This document shows, one piece after another, positions 20,015 through 30,571 of a stretch of DNA of 64,000 nt (position 1 is the first letter of the stretch; every line of letters starts with the position of its first letter). The notes beneath the pieces were generated by a model, which had not been told where the DNA came from, did not search any database, and was given only the letters and a program-made list of their open reading frames with translations. Source of the DNA: a virus. Its lineage: Duplodnaviria > Caudoviricetes. A program made the position numbers and the translations under genes. The stretch lies in IMG/VR virus record IMGVR_UViG_3300041964_000148; one strand, written 5' to 3'.

Positions 20015-20560
20015 TTACCTGTGCGGTGTTCCGAGAACCATCGAACCTGGCTCTGGCTGTGATTTGTTGGAGCCGAGGACAGCGCTGGTTGGCAATGGCT
20101 CTCTATCACTCAATTCGGCAACATAAAAATAGTCCCCATGCCTGCTGTGATAGGAGCGACCGTACAGATTAAGATCATCTCGTTTTACCCGAAATTTTCC
20201 TCCCCTGTAAAAGCCTGGGATGTTGAAATCCTGGGAAATAACGACCAAGTAGCTGGGCTTGCGTTCTATGATGCGGCATTCCTCATAATAAGTGTGCCAG
20301 TACCCACCGAAGGAGTAGCGGTGCGATCGGTAGAGGGCGGGTGTGCAATCAAGGTCTATTTGTTCAGCGAAGGATGCAGCTTCCTTTAGAAGAAACTCTG
20401 TTTCCTCTTGGGACGCTGCGAGTTGGGCTGCAATCGTCGCACGTATGTCAACCCTCATTTCGTCAGTCGGATCTGGTGCTTCCATGATTGCGTTGATCGC
20501 GTCGTCCGCTCTTTTCCTTGCTTGTACTATGCGTTGCCTGATTTCTGAGTAAGTAGTCAT
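20015..20560 (-). CDS. Hypothetical protein
   Basis: 181-aa ORF ending at the terminator. Confidence 0.7.
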   Translation of the reverse strand: MTTYSEIRQRIVQARKRADDAINAIMEAPDPTDEMRVDIRATIAAQLAASQEETEFLLKEAASFAEQIDLDCTPALYRSHRYSFGGYWHTYYEECRIIERKPSYLVVISQDFNIPGFYRGGKFRVKRDDLNLYGRSYHSRHGDYFYVAELSDREPLPTSAVLGSNKSQPEPGSMVLGTPHR

Positions 20561-20612
20561 TAGATTGTGGGATGAACAGGTAGATAAAGTAGTTGTTCTA
20601 AATTGAAAACTT

Positions 20613-21116
20613 TCAATGTTTTACCCGCGCATTAGCCTTTTTGCCGTTACCATAATGCCTGTCAAAGATGTCATTGAGTGGATCTATCGATAATTGCCGT
20701 GGTTCGGTGCTGTTGGATGGGGCTTTCGATGATTGCTGCGCTTCGATCATTGTCGCCAGTTGCTGTATTTTCTCCTCTAAAGCCTCCATGCGTGAAAGGG
20801 CTACACCTCCGGCACTTAACCCCCCACTTAACGCTTGTTCGATCCCGAAATATTCAGCTAGGATTGCGGTCAAGGCTTGTGACTCTGAAAAACTATGTTC
20901 GTCGGCAAACTCTTTTACTCGATCTTTGATTGCTTGTGGAACGTAAGCTGAGACTTTTGGCTTATCTGTTGACATGGCATCCCTCTCGTGTGCAAATTTT
21001 AGAACTTCAGTTGCAATAGTTTTTGGTACTCGAATGGGCATCGTTTCGTCACGGGACCAGCCCGACGCCCAAGTTGACTTCCTTCCTGCGTTTAATCTTG
21101 AACCACCTCTACCCAT
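20613..21116 (-). CDS. RHH/CopG-like DNA-binding protein
   Basis: GRGGSRLNAGRKSTW...IRVP N-terminus; KVSAYVP..IK..V....SESQAL..IL.EYF RHH module. Confidence 0.75.
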   Translation of the reverse strand: MGRGGSRLNAGRKSTWASGWSRDETMPIRVPKTIATEVLKFAHERDAMSTDKPKVSAYVPQAIKDRVKEFADEHSFSESQALTAILAEYFGIEQALSGGLSAGGVALSRMEALEEKIQQLATMIEAQQSSKAPSNSTEPRQLSIDPLNDIFDRHYGNGKKANARVKH

Positions 21117-21216
21117 TAGTTTCTCTACCTTTGCTTAGTGTTTTCTTGCTACTTCCGCTGCCATAATGCCTCTCAAAGATGTCATTGAGTGGATCTATCG
21201 ATAATTGCCGTGGTTC
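20650..21216. repeat. About 56-bp direct repeat (20650-20705 and 21161-21216) encoding EPRQLSIDPLNDIF(D/E)RHYG
   Basis: Near-identical DNA in the 3' parts of both RHH genes. Confidence 0.9.
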
Positions 21217-21525
21217 AATCATGGCTGTTAGTTGAACTCGCTTCTCCTCTGGGGCTTCCATTCGAGAAACAGTTGTATTATCGGGAGTTGGCTGAAGTGT
21301 TTTGATTAATCCTTCCAATATGGCAATGCGATGCTCTAAATTAGAAAGCATCTGCGCTGCTTCTTCACCAGTAACGGTTGGCTCCGTTCCAGTAGACCAA
21401 TCGAGGTACGAGGCTAAAGCTTTGATGAGAATTTGACTTTTTGATTCCCCTGTCTGAGAAATTCGCTCTTCAATTTTTTTGAGCAGACTACTGGGAATTC
21501 GACCAGAGAAGAATGGTTTAGGCAT
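21109..21525 (-). CDS. RHH/CopG-like DNA-binding protein
   Basis: FSGRIP..L..KIE.....TGESKSQILIKALASYL. Confidence 0.75.
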   Translation of the reverse strand: MPKPFFSGRIPSSLLKKIEERISQTGESKSQILIKALASYLDWSTGTEPTVTGEEAAQMLSNLEHRIAILEGLIKTLQPTPDNTTVSRMEAPEEKRVQLTAMIEPRQLSIDPLNDIFERHYGSGSSKKTLSKGRETNG

Positions 21526-21686
21526 TTTTGCTTTTTTTGGAGCTTGGTTGTATTAGTTTCCTAGGCTGAAGCCGATCATGGTCTTGCGACACTAGCTGGT
21601 TTTAATTGTAACAAAAGCGTAAATAAAAACCCCACCACAAATATCTGTGGTGGGGTCAAAATCAGGTGAAGAAATACCTCGTCATC

Positions 21687-22220
21687 TTAAGCCTGAGTAG
21701 AGCTTCTTTCGGAAGCCTGATATTTTTCGTACAGGACTCTCAAGTCAAAGTTGGAAAGGGTTACAGTTTTGCTGTATTTGTCGGGATTGCAGCTAACATC
21801 ATAGACATAAGCGTCAAAGTAATCTCTTTCTAAAAAGAACCTGTTTACAGCACTTTTAGTTTGCCGTTCTCGGTCTTTTGAAGAGCTAAGAGCCTTTGCT
21901 GTAGCAGGCAGGATTGCGCCCCAAAGTCTTTCGTCAAGCTGTCTTATATTAGGCGAAGGTAGTTTTAGTATTTTCCTGTAATGTTCCCTGATCAATGACC
22001 AGTTCCAGATTAACTCATGAACAGCAATTCCAATATCTTCGTAAACAACAAAGTTAAAATGTCTGTCATTTGAATTAATCCATACAGCGTGGTGGCTTCC
22101 ATTGCTTGGAGCTTCTTCTCTTGAGTCATAGATGACCTTCTTTCCCTGCCTGAGGATAATACGATCAAACTTGTCCATCCAAACGAAAGTCGTCGAAATC
22201 TCTAGTTTTTGATCTTGCAT
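21687..22220 (-). CDS. Hypothetical protein
   Basis: Cassette ORF (TGTTACAAT, AAGCAAAACTATG). Confidence 0.8.
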   Translation of the reverse strand: MQDQKLEISTTFVWMDKFDRIILRQGKKVIYDSREEAPSNGSHHAVWINSNDRHFNFVVYEDIGIAVHELIWNWSLIREHYRKILKLPSPNIRQLDERLWGAILPATAKALSSSKDRERQTKSAVNRFFLERDYFDAYVYDVSCNPDKYSKTVTLSNFDLRVLYEKYQASERSSTQA

Positions 22221-22302
22221 AGTTTTGCTTTAAAATTCTCCTTTCATTGTAACAAATACACAAAAACAAACCCCACCACAGATATCTATGATGGGGTCAA
22301 AA

Positions 22303-24252
22303 TCAAACGAAGAAATAGCCAGGAATTGCACTCGTAAACCTTTCTACGGGGTCATACTTTAACAAGTATTCCCTGGATATCGCATCCATATCCCGTAGTT
22401 GTTGCCGCTCCTTCTCCCCAATTTCCGTATCGGTAGAGAGGAGGATTACTTGGTCTGATGCTACCGGGAAGTAGCGTTCCAAGAGGTTCGTGCGGTGGGA
22501 CGAATCTAATCGCCCCAGGGGAGTATCGATCGCAACTGGAATTTTCCTTCCAGATAACCGAGCTAGTCCCCAGAGGAAGGCGATCGCAAGTAGCTGCTTT
22601 TCCCCCGCCGATAGTCGATGCTTGGGGACGAACGTCCCGATTTGGTCATATAAACTCATGCTAAACGTTTCTACATCGATGGCGATGCGGTGAACCAGGT
22701 CTGTTTTGCGAAGAAGATACCGGAAGCATTCCGTCACTTCTATTTCCAACTTGTTGATTTTCCTCAAGGTAATTTTTTCCTTGAATAATGCCAGTGTGCT
22801 TTTGGCTCTGGCGATCGCATCTAAGTTATGCTTTGTCTTTTCTACCTTCAAGTGTTCATCGGTAAAGGCTTCTAATTGGTTCTTAGTTGCCTTTAACTGG
22901 CGCTCCACTTGATTGTATTGCTGCTGCTTCAGTTCTCGTTGGGCGATTAACTGGGCAGCAGCTTTTTGCGTTGCTTTGACGACTCCTTCGAGATCTTGGT
23001 ATAGCTCTGGCGACGCCGCCGTCGCAAGTTCTCTGTCGAGGAAGTTAATATCCTCTTTGAGTTTTTCGAGTTGTTCTATGTCGGCTCTAGCCTTGTCCAC
23101 GAAGAAGTTCAGCTCATAACCGAGGATGGTGTTGAGCCGAAGAGTCGCTTCCTCTGACGAGTGCAACCATTCTTCTCCTTCTGCAAAGCAGGATTGCTCC
23201 TTTAGGAAAGATTGGACTTTATTGAGTTGCACCTGGGCTAAAGACAATTCAGCCAAATAGTCCAAGAGTAGGAGATCTCTCTCCTCGATGACTGCCCGCG
23301 CTGCTCTTGATTGAGCAAGGGGTACTTCAACTTGGATTTGGGCTTGGGCTTGTTGCAGTAGGGGAGCAATTAGCATCAGGGGTAATGCCCCGGCAGCTAA
23401 TTCCCGTAGGTCTTGTCGAGTATCGTCAAGCTCTTGGGTGAGCTTGCTTTGTTCAGACTCTAGATGAACGCGATCGCCTGCAATACGACCGCCTTGAGTT
23501 ACGAATTTGTCCAAGGCTTGCTGCTGCCGAATTTCGGCAGCTTTCATCTGTCCATCAATGCTGGCTAGATCTTGGGCAACAACGTCGCGGGCATGACCTT
23601 GGGTTTTTAAGGTAGATTCAATCTCCTCTAGTTCTGCCAACTCAGAAGTGTTGGCAAGTTCCTTACGCTTACGAGAAGCGAAAATATCCAGGTCAGCAGA
23701 TAGTCTTTCAGCGAGTTCTAGGCCCAGAAGGGATTTAATTGCACTCACTAAAATTGGGGGTGGGGTGTCGAGTTCGGCTAGCTCTTTTACCTGTTCACCG
23801 TCGAACAGGAACAAAGTAGAGATTCCCAAAGGGAAAAGGTTTTCCAGGTACTCGTCCCAGGTCTTTGTGATCGCCTTGTCGGGCCAGTCGTCAACTAGCA
23901 CCTCTAAGGTATCTTTTTCGTCCCCCACTGCCCAGTAGCGGATAACCCGGACGATGGTTTCCTCATGGTCAACGACTAATTTAATCGCCAACTCGATCCG
24001 GGTCTTTTCTCCTGTCACAGCGTGACGGTTAATGCACTCTCCCAAGAAACTGCTGTAAGGCAGTGCGCCACGGGTAGAGCATTGGGCGCGATGCCCGTAT
24101 AATGCAAGTCGAATGGCGTCCACGAGAGTAGTTTTCCCTCCTCCGTTCATCCCGCCAAAAAGAACAATGGTGCCGGATTCAGGACTAAGATTGATGGTTT
24201 GCCTTCCTAAATAGGGACCGAAGTTTTGTAGAACTAATTCAGTGAAAATCAT
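22303..24252 (-). CDS. dndD: DNA phosphorothioation ATPase DndD
   Basis: MIFTELVLQNFGPYLGRQTINL, Walker A GMNGGGKTT, LFLFDGEQVKELAE, coiled coil, LSAGEKQLLAIA, IDTPLGRLDSSHR, YFP.AS.QVILLSTDTEI. Confidence 0.92.
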   Translation of the reverse strand: MIFTELVLQNFGPYLGRQTINLSPESGTIVLFGGMNGGGKTTLVDAIRLALYGHRAQCSTRGALPYSSFLGECINRHAVTGEKTRIELAIKLVVDHEETIVRVIRYWAVGDEKDTLEVLVDDWPDKAITKTWDEYLENLFPLGISTLFLFDGEQVKELAELDTPPPILVSAIKSLLGLELAERLSADLDIFASRKRKELANTSELAELEEIESTLKTQGHARDVVAQDLASIDGQMKAAEIRQQQALDKFVTQGGRIAGDRVHLESEQSKLTQELDDTRQDLRELAAGALPLMLIAPLLQQAQAQIQVEVPLAQSRAARAVIEERDLLLLDYLAELSLAQVQLNKVQSFLKEQSCFAEGEEWLHSSEEATLRLNTILGYELNFFVDKARADIEQLEKLKEDINFLDRELATAASPELYQDLEGVVKATQKAAAQLIAQRELKQQQYNQVERQLKATKNQLEAFTDEHLKVEKTKHNLDAIARAKSTLALFKEKITLRKINKLEIEVTECFRYLLRKTDLVHRIAIDVETFSMSLYDQIGTFVPKHRLSAGEKQLLAIAFLWGLARLSGRKIPVAIDTPLGRLDSSHRTNLLERYFPVASDQVILLSTDTEIGEKERQQLRDMDAISREYLLKYDPVERFTSAIPGYFFV

Positions 24253-24322
24253 GGTGTTTCCTTATGAAAAGCTCCATCACGGAGAACCGTGACGGAGCAT
24301 TGATCAGTTAATTGTGGGGGTT

Positions 24323-24523
24323 TTATGCCTCTTGATGATTCTCTGTTTGTCCCAATAGCCAGTCTCGTTCTTCGGGGGAGATGTTTGTGTACTTCAGTAG
24401 TTCACTCACTATCTGCCCAAAATCATCTGACTCTAGGTAATCGGTCGAAGTTAACTGCGACATAAGCTCAACTACCCTCAAATGGTTAGTTAACAGTTCT
24501 GCTTTTCGTTTCAAAGTAATCAT
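24323..24523 (-). CDS. Small hypothetical cassette protein between dndB and dndD
   Basis: Has its own TGTTACAAT promoter and AAGCAAAATCATG leader. Confidence 0.7.
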   Translation of the reverse strand: MITLKRKAELLTNHLRVVELMSQLTSTDYLESDDFGQIVSELLKYTNISPEERDWLLGQTENHQEA

Positions 24524-24622
24524 GATTTTGCTTAATTCAAACATACATTTATTTCATTGTAACAAATTTACATAAGCAAAACGCCCACCCCGCAAGGGAT
24601 GAGCGTCTTTTATTAGGCTTTC

Positions 24623-25759
24623 TTAGCCTTTGTTTCTTTTCGCTTTCAACAAGTCACTGCAAGCATTCTCTAGCTCAACTTCCTCTTTCGAGAAAGCCTT
24701 AACTGGCACACCTAACTTGAACTTCAAGTAGATGGCAAACCTTTTGATATTTTCGGAATCAGTAATGACTTTTTCCTCGTCGAGAATTCGACCTTGCCAG
24801 TCTGCATTAGACTTGCTCCAGTCAATTGAGTTGAGAGGTCCGAAGAACTTCATTAGTTCCTCTGGCTTCTTAGTTGAGCTAATCATTTTGCCTACGGACG
24901 CGATCGCATCCAGGAAGATTGCGAGACCACAAACATGGTCTTGCCGGATCATCCGAGGCTCTATCTTCTTCTCGACCAACTCATTCCACTGGGGAATGTT
25001 GGCAACAAGTGCATTCCAGAAGGCAATGCAGAAAGCTTTATCCTCTTCATGGGACTTACCTGGACGAATCGCCTCATGTACTTTGTAAACCCACTTGAGA
25101 GTCAAGAGCTTGGGGGAAGTCTTGGGTACTGTCCCTTTCTCAAATTCCGTCCAGTTTTTCAGGAATTCAACCTCCTTCACCACTTCAAGGGTGAAGTTGT
25201 TGCTAGGCGTGTCCTTATAAAGAACCTGAAGGCTGCCCTCCAAATTCCGAACATTAGCGTTAATCGCTGCAAAGGCTTTTTGGTTCCGCCTTAATCCCGC
25301 ATCTATTATGAAATAGACAGGAATCATTTCATTGTGCAATTCCAGAAGTCCGATCTCCTTAGCGATCTTCAGTAACTTTTCACATGACAGACGACGGTGT
25401 TGACCATCGATTAATGTTAACAGCGCGTCAATCGCGATGTGCAACATTCCGCACCTGAAAAACTCCTTGTTTGGGACTTCAAACTCCACTTCCCCATTGA
25501 TACTGGCGATTAATGGAGGAATGATATGATCCTCAAAATCTGCTACCACATAGTCGGCAATTTCTTGCGCGTGTTTGGGCTTTGGCGTACGTTGCGATCG
25601 CTCCTCAAATGGGAGTTCAAGATAGTCCAATTTGAACACTTGAACTATCTCGGCATATTTCAGCCAGCAGACGTACGCTTCTTTGCCCGCTTGAATGCCT
25701 CTTGCCGCAGGAAAGCTGCGGCGGGGGTCGTCAGGACGTAATATCATTATTAGTGGCAA
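24623..25759 (-). CDS. dndB: DndB / DGQHR-domain protein
   Basis: FPAARGIQAGKE.Y, ERSQR, IDGQHRR, F..IN, T.FEK.T....S.KL.TL, IDWSKSNADWQGR. Confidence 0.85.
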   Translation of the reverse strand: MPLIMILRPDDPRRSFPAARGIQAGKEAYVCWLKYAEIVQVFKLDYLELPFEERSQRTPKPKHAQEIADYVVADFEDHIIPPLIASINGEVEFEVPNKEFFRCGMLHIAIDALLTLIDGQHRRLSCEKLLKIAKEIGLLELHNEMIPVYFIIDAGLRRNQKAFAAINANVRNLEGSLQVLYKDTPSNNFTLEVVKEVEFLKNWTEFEKGTVPKTSPKLLTLKWVYKVHEAIRPGKSHEEDKAFCIAFWNALVANIPQWNELVEKKIEPRMIRQDHVCGLAIFLDAIASVGKMISSTKKPEELMKFFGPLNSIDWSKSNADWQGRILDEEKVITDSENIKRFAIYLKFKLGVPVKAFSKEEVELENACSDLLKAKRNKG

Positions 25760-25826
25760 TATAGGTCTATATATATTGTAACATTGTGAACTAATGCACT
25801 TTGTTCTTGAGGAAGGAATTGCTCGA

Positions 25827-26051
25827 ATAGGTTTGGTTTAGCCTAAACCTAGACTAGATTTAGGCTAGATGCAGTCTAAACCAAAGCTAATTTAGCAAAC
25901 CTCAGTATTTGCCTTGAATTCCCACTGAACAGCCTCTGAATTTTTATTGAATCTTGCAGGACGGTTCAGACCCCTTTCAGTCAGCGTTCAGTCGAATTGA
26001 GTCTAAACTTAGCCTAAACTTAGTCTGTACTTAGCCTAAGTACAGACTGAA
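25827..26051. repeat. Cluster of about 11-bp AG(C/T)CTAAAC(T/C)T direct and inverted repeats upstream of dndB
   Basis: GAGTCTAAACTT AGCCTAAACTT AGTCTGTACTT AGCCTAAGTAC; perfect 12-bp stem AGTCTGTACTTA/TAAGTACAGACT. Confidence 0.75.
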
Positions 26052-26158
26052 TCACCCCAAGAAAATATAACCAGACCTCTCAAGACATAAGAACATTCCC
26101 CCCACAACAGCGATCATCTAACCAAGCGATAATTAATACTGAAGAGATGAGGGCAAGT

Positions 26159-26448
26159 ATGACCACCGCACGTAGATTCAGGAAAAAGTCTGTAGTGATT
26201 GAAGCCATGCAATTCACTGATCTGAATAGCAATTTAGCAATTGTTGCGTGGATGAAAAATTGTCGTGACACCAGCGCACTACAGACGAAGTTCGATATTC
26301 TTCCCCAATCATGACGCTTCACACCTCGAAGCACAATGGCGGCGAATCCTGGTGACTGGATTATTCGAGGCATCAAGAACGATTCTATCCCTGTAGACCT
26401 GACATCTTTGAGGCATCCTACGAGGAGGAGCTTGTCACTGGCACATAA
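26159..26448 (+). pseudogene. Common phage protein (RKK.VVIEA.Q...TLEG.M.A.PGDWIIRG...FYPC.PDIF family), frameshifted
   Basis: Family motifs are readable across several single-base frameshifts; probably sequencing error. Confidence 0.75.
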
Positions 26449-26656
26449 GACGACGTACTCAGTATTGAGTGCATCTTGAATTTTCATTGAAAGTTTTCTG
26501 AGTGTTTGTTGAATCTTCAAGGAAAGCTCAGAGACTATTCTGGTGCTTTTCAATCAACGTTCACGTTTTTAGGGAGGAGTCGGTTTGACTTCAAAGAATA
26601 AAAGCCCCTGGCAACTTGCCAGGGCTTTACTATTAAGGTCGTAATTTAGAGCCTGT

Positions 26657-27960
26657 TCAATCAAGTTTACCTTGAATCAGGGCTTTTGTTACCCTAGTAA
26701 AAATATAACCGCCCCTCTCAAGACATGACAACATTCCCCCAACAACAGCGATCGCATTCGCCTTATGAATCCGTTGCCCGTTCACCGGATGACAAGGATG
26801 GAGGGATTTCCAGTATTCCGCCAACTCGCTAATCCTTAAATCTCCTTCAAAAGGGGAATCAGCGCGACGGCGACGGAACTATCCAGAATGAGGGGCTGTG
26901 GGTTGATTGGGAGGTATGCATTGATATCAAAAGGGGAAAAGTCGGCGATCGCACTAATTAATGATTGTTAAACCGCATCACACCGGAGCAGTGGGTGCAA
27001 CTTCGCAATTGGATCGTTATCTATTCTCCGAATTTGCTCCCTATACCACACCAAAAATCGAGGAGCCGATGGATGGGATGGAACAGTTCAAATAAATGTA
27101 GCTGCTGTTCCTTTGGCAAATCCAAAGCCCAGGCTAATACATTCCTTGCCCCAGACTCAAATAGATCCGGCAGGTGCCATTGATTCCAGTTCACCATATC
27201 GATAAATTCAAGCCCAGATTCCTTGAGTAGGCGAATAGATCGGTGATTGTAAAACCGCGATCGCCTGGAACAAGTAGTTCATTAGGACAGCGTGTTTGGA
27301 TATGTTGCCCTTCGTAGGAGAATTCCAGGTCTTCTTGAGATCAACGTTGGGCTTGAGAGAACGCATCACTCCCACTACCGTTGGATCTCTTCTTCTTCCG
27401 GGTCTGATTCATCAATCCCATCTATTCCAAATATTTCCTGCGCTCGGTAGTAATGGAAGCGTTGGAATAAGCTATGCAGATTCGCTCGAATAATGCCGTC
27501 ACGTTTAAGTCTTTTTTTAATGCCATCAATGCCTCTGCTGGGTCCGGCATCAGGTACAGCATTTCATCGCAGTTATATAGTCAAATTGTTCGTCAGAAAT
27601 ATCAAACAAAGACTGTTGTCGAAATTCCGCTTCTAGTTTGTGATGGGCGAACCTTTTTCGGGCAATATCCAGAGAGCGATCGCTTAGGTCTATACCAACA
27701 ACCTTTGCCCCAGGATTAGCGAGGGCGAGGAGTAGGGTTTTGTATCCACTCCCGCAGCCAACATCTAATATAGTCCTGCCCTCTGGCTCAATGATTCTTC
27801 GTTTCGGCGGTAAAATACAGTTGCAAGGCTGTGGTAATAGAGAGCTGCCCGATCTGTTGGGAGGTTTTCAACTTCTACTACTGGTACGGATATATCAAAT
27901 TGTTGTTGGATACGCTGGAAAAGCTCTGTGTCGTTTATGTCAGAATCAATATCATTACTT
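26657..27960 (-). pseudogene. Cyanobacterial class I SAM-dependent methyltransferase, multiply frameshifted
   Basis: Piecewise translation gives RIQQQFD, ILDVGCGSGYKTLLLALANPGAKVVGIDLS, CDEMLYL, GIIRANLHS, MVNWNQW, LHLFELFHPIHRLLDFWCG. Start uncertain. Confidence 0.8.
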
Positions 27961-28259
27961 TCGAGAAAATTGTTGAACTAGAGGCTCAGGTATGAGAGCA
28001 GTTGTTTGAAACAGTACTTGGACAAATTGATTGAACTACTTAACGTCAACATTCAACTACCTCACAGCGGCAGAAATAGATGTCCGGGTGGTAGTGATTT
28101 GCCAAAAGAAATGTTCCTTCTTTGTACTGCGCCACAGAAGCTCGGCATGAGGCAGCGAAATTATGTTTTGGCGCATCCGGCTTACTAGATCTGTCGTGTC
28201 TGGATCAAGTTGAGGAATATGCAACAAAAACCCTCACGTTTTCCGTGACGGGTTTATTA

Positions 28260-28804
28260 TGAGTTCAGTGGCTTAGGAAAGCTAGAAATATTTCTGTTTT
28301 CCACATTCATAGCATTTAACAGAGAATTGTTCCTTCGAGCTAGATTGCAGGAACAGAGAAGATTCTCCACATTGAGAACAAGCTGCTATCTTGTGTTTAT
28401 TTCACCCACCTTTTTCCCATTCCTCATATTGCTTCACAAGATCGTTTCCCTGTCTCCAGCTCCATTTTCATAATCCTGGAAGTGAAATGTCGCCACTTTG
28501 ATGGCATCTTCCTCCGTTATTAGCGATTAGACGCCTTGAAAACTGCCTGCTGAATTGATTCAATTAGCTTCGGCAATGAGCCTGACGATCCAGCTCATCC
28601 TCGCTCTCGGAGGGTTGATCGGGGGAGTCCAACGAGCGTTTTGTAATATATACGACCAAGCAGACTGAAAGCTTCCTTTAGTAGGCGATCGCGTTTCTCT
28701 TTCCTCGGTGCGATTCGATCTGAATGCTTGTTTTCTAATTTAATCCCATCTATTTGATAGTCAATGTTTACTATCGCCGTTAACTTTTGAATGATGTTGA
28801 ACAT
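28260..28804 (-). pseudogene. Frameshifted hypothetical cassette gene(s)
   Basis: Promoter at 28833 and AAGCAAAGCCCATG start; the ORF breaks within the indel-rich zone. Confidence 0.4.
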
Positions 28805-28952
28805 GGGCTTTGCTTGTAACTGTACTGTATTCATTGTAACAAGTCTTCCAAAGCAAAAACTCGCCACGGTTCACCGTGACGAGTTCATTTATCGGACTAT
28901 TTGATTAGCAAAGATACTCAAATTGAAGCAAATTGCTAATAGGTCGCAACAT

Positions 28953-30113
28953 TTATGCAACAGACAGTCCATTACTTCTTCTTAACAACTTCACTTTACT
29001 CGGTGCAAACTGACCAATTCGCTTCCACGAATAGTCGTAAATTGAAACATTTTTGGACTTATCTGTATTCGTAAATCCTCCAATGTATCCAACAACTACT
29101 TCCTTCGATTTAGTGGCTTTAACCAAATCACCGACACGGAAGCCAAAGGGTGTAACAGTGCCACCTTTACGCTTTCTAGTTCCTGATTTGTCAGGAACCT
29201 CGAAGTGTAGTTGGCGACGAAAGAATCCGTATTCTTTCCCCCTCTTTACAGCACCAAAGCGGGTAATGATTTTGAACGGCGAATCAGTAACACTTGCATC
29301 ACCTTTCCAGAGATATCCCTGAGCGTTTGAAGTAATGTGGCGACTATATCGAACAAAGTAACCGCAGGCTAGTGCCACACCATCCACTGCATGAGTTTCT
29401 GGTTTGGCTTCACTCTTGTTTTCCTTGTCCTTCACAAGTCCTAATTGCTTCCTGATTTGGGATGTTCCGTTTCCGTCCTTCTGCCATCCTTCACGGACAA
29501 ACACAGGGGCAACAGTTTCCATTTGGGAAATTGCCCAAAGTTGACCGCTCATTACAGGAGAGAAGCCTTTTCCCGATTTGGCGTTTTTTCTGCCACTAGT
29601 TTTATCCACATCAGCTTTGACTCGTTCGTAGCCAATAGCTGTTAGAGGGAATATCTTAGACAGTTCTCTAACAACTCTTAACTCTAGCTGTCTAGAAGCT
29701 TTGATTGATGGAGCAACTTTAGACTGTTTACGATTACTGAATCGTACTTGTCTGTGGTTTCTAATTTTGAATGGGACTTTACGGTTAATGCGTCTAGAAC
29801 GTCGTGAATGCCTAAGCATTCTACGTTGATCCATTCGTTGCCTTACCCGTCCGAATGGCAGGATAAGGTGAAACCTGGCTAGGGTAAATTTGGCAGATTG
29901 TACCCCGATCCCAGAGTAACTTTTGCCGGGATCTACACCAATTACAACAGGCTGATTTTCCTCGCCTGATGGATTTGTAAGTTGGACATAATAAATCCCA
30001 ACATCTGACCACTTACCGACGGCTTTACCTTGTTTTACCAACTTTCTTGCTCTTGAGCTTTTAGTGGGCATTAAAGGTTTGTTGTCGTAACTTACGACTG
30101 GAACACGAATCAT
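28953..30113 (-). CDS. isrB: IsrB RNA-guided nickase (PLMP/RRXRR domain, split RuvC, no HNH), copy 1
   Basis: KPLMPT, GVDPG (RuvC-I), Arg-rich bridge helix, GYERV (RuvC-II), HAVDGVALA (RuvC-III); 386 aa; no CxxC/HNH. Confidence 0.88.
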   Translation of the reverse strand: MIRVPVVSYDNKPLMPTKSSRARKLVKQGKAVGKWSDVGIYYVQLTNPSGEENQPVVIGVDPGKSYSGIGVQSAKFTLARFHLILPFGRVRQRMDQRRMLRHSRRSRRINRKVPFKIRNHRQVRFSNRKQSKVAPSIKASRQLELRVVRELSKIFPLTAIGYERVKADVDKTSGRKNAKSGKGFSPVMSGQLWAISQMETVAPVFVREGWQKDGNGTSQIRKQLGLVKDKENKSEAKPETHAVDGVALACGYFVRYSRHITSNAQGYLWKGDASVTDSPFKIITRFGAVKRGKEYGFFRRQLHFEVPDKSGTRKRKGGTVTPFGFRVGDLVKATKSKEVVVGYIGGFTNTDKSKNVSIYDYSWKRIGQFAPSKVKLLRRSNGLSVA

Positions 30114-30334
30114 GGAGATAATCCTCTCGTGTGAAGTTTAAGTCCCTTCCGGCATTAGTACGATTGTTGCTGAACCCGTGTCCACTCTCTGAGATTCCAG
30201 AGCCTTACAAGCTATCCGAATTAGGGAAGTGTTCGGAAGTGTTTATCTCGCACCAACTCATGCCGTATTCACGATTTCATGGAAGGTTCCCTCTTCCAAT
30301 CCCCGTCCTCACGTAGGAGAGCAGGGTACGTGAA
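28953..30334 (-). mobile_element. Non-autonomous IS200/IS605-superfamily IsrB element, copy 1
   Basis: Similarity to copy 2 begins at TTCACG and ends at the isrB stop codon; no tnpA in the window. Confidence 0.8.
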
Positions 30335-30355
30335 ACATTACCTGGTTAATTGGCT
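30114..30355 (-). ncRNA. omegaRNA of IsrB copy 1 (scaffold 30114-30334, guide in the flank)
   Basis: About 220-nt structured non-coding region conserved with copy 2; conservation ends at TTCAC. Confidence 0.75.
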
Positions 30356-30571
30356 TCTGCTTGAAGTGTTCTGCATAGCCCGACCAAATTGGGGCGATCG
30401 CAATGAACTTGTTTCCTTCCTCTTGGGGATATGAAACCGTTTTATGTCAATTTCTAGTACCATTGGTTTTACTTTTGTGGTTTACACTTCTACTTCCATT
30501 GTAACAATTTGCCGTAATAAAAAACCCACTACAGATGTCTATAGTGGGCAGGCAAGCTATACGATTAAACG

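Noticed and set aside
22303-24252. SMC/SbcC/Rad50 call
   Set aside because: DndD-specific N- and C-terminal motifs and proximity to dndB.
26080-26553. 157-aa minus-strand ORF in the track
   Set aside because: The plus strand encodes a recognisable, frameshifted phage protein here; the minus ORF is its shadow.
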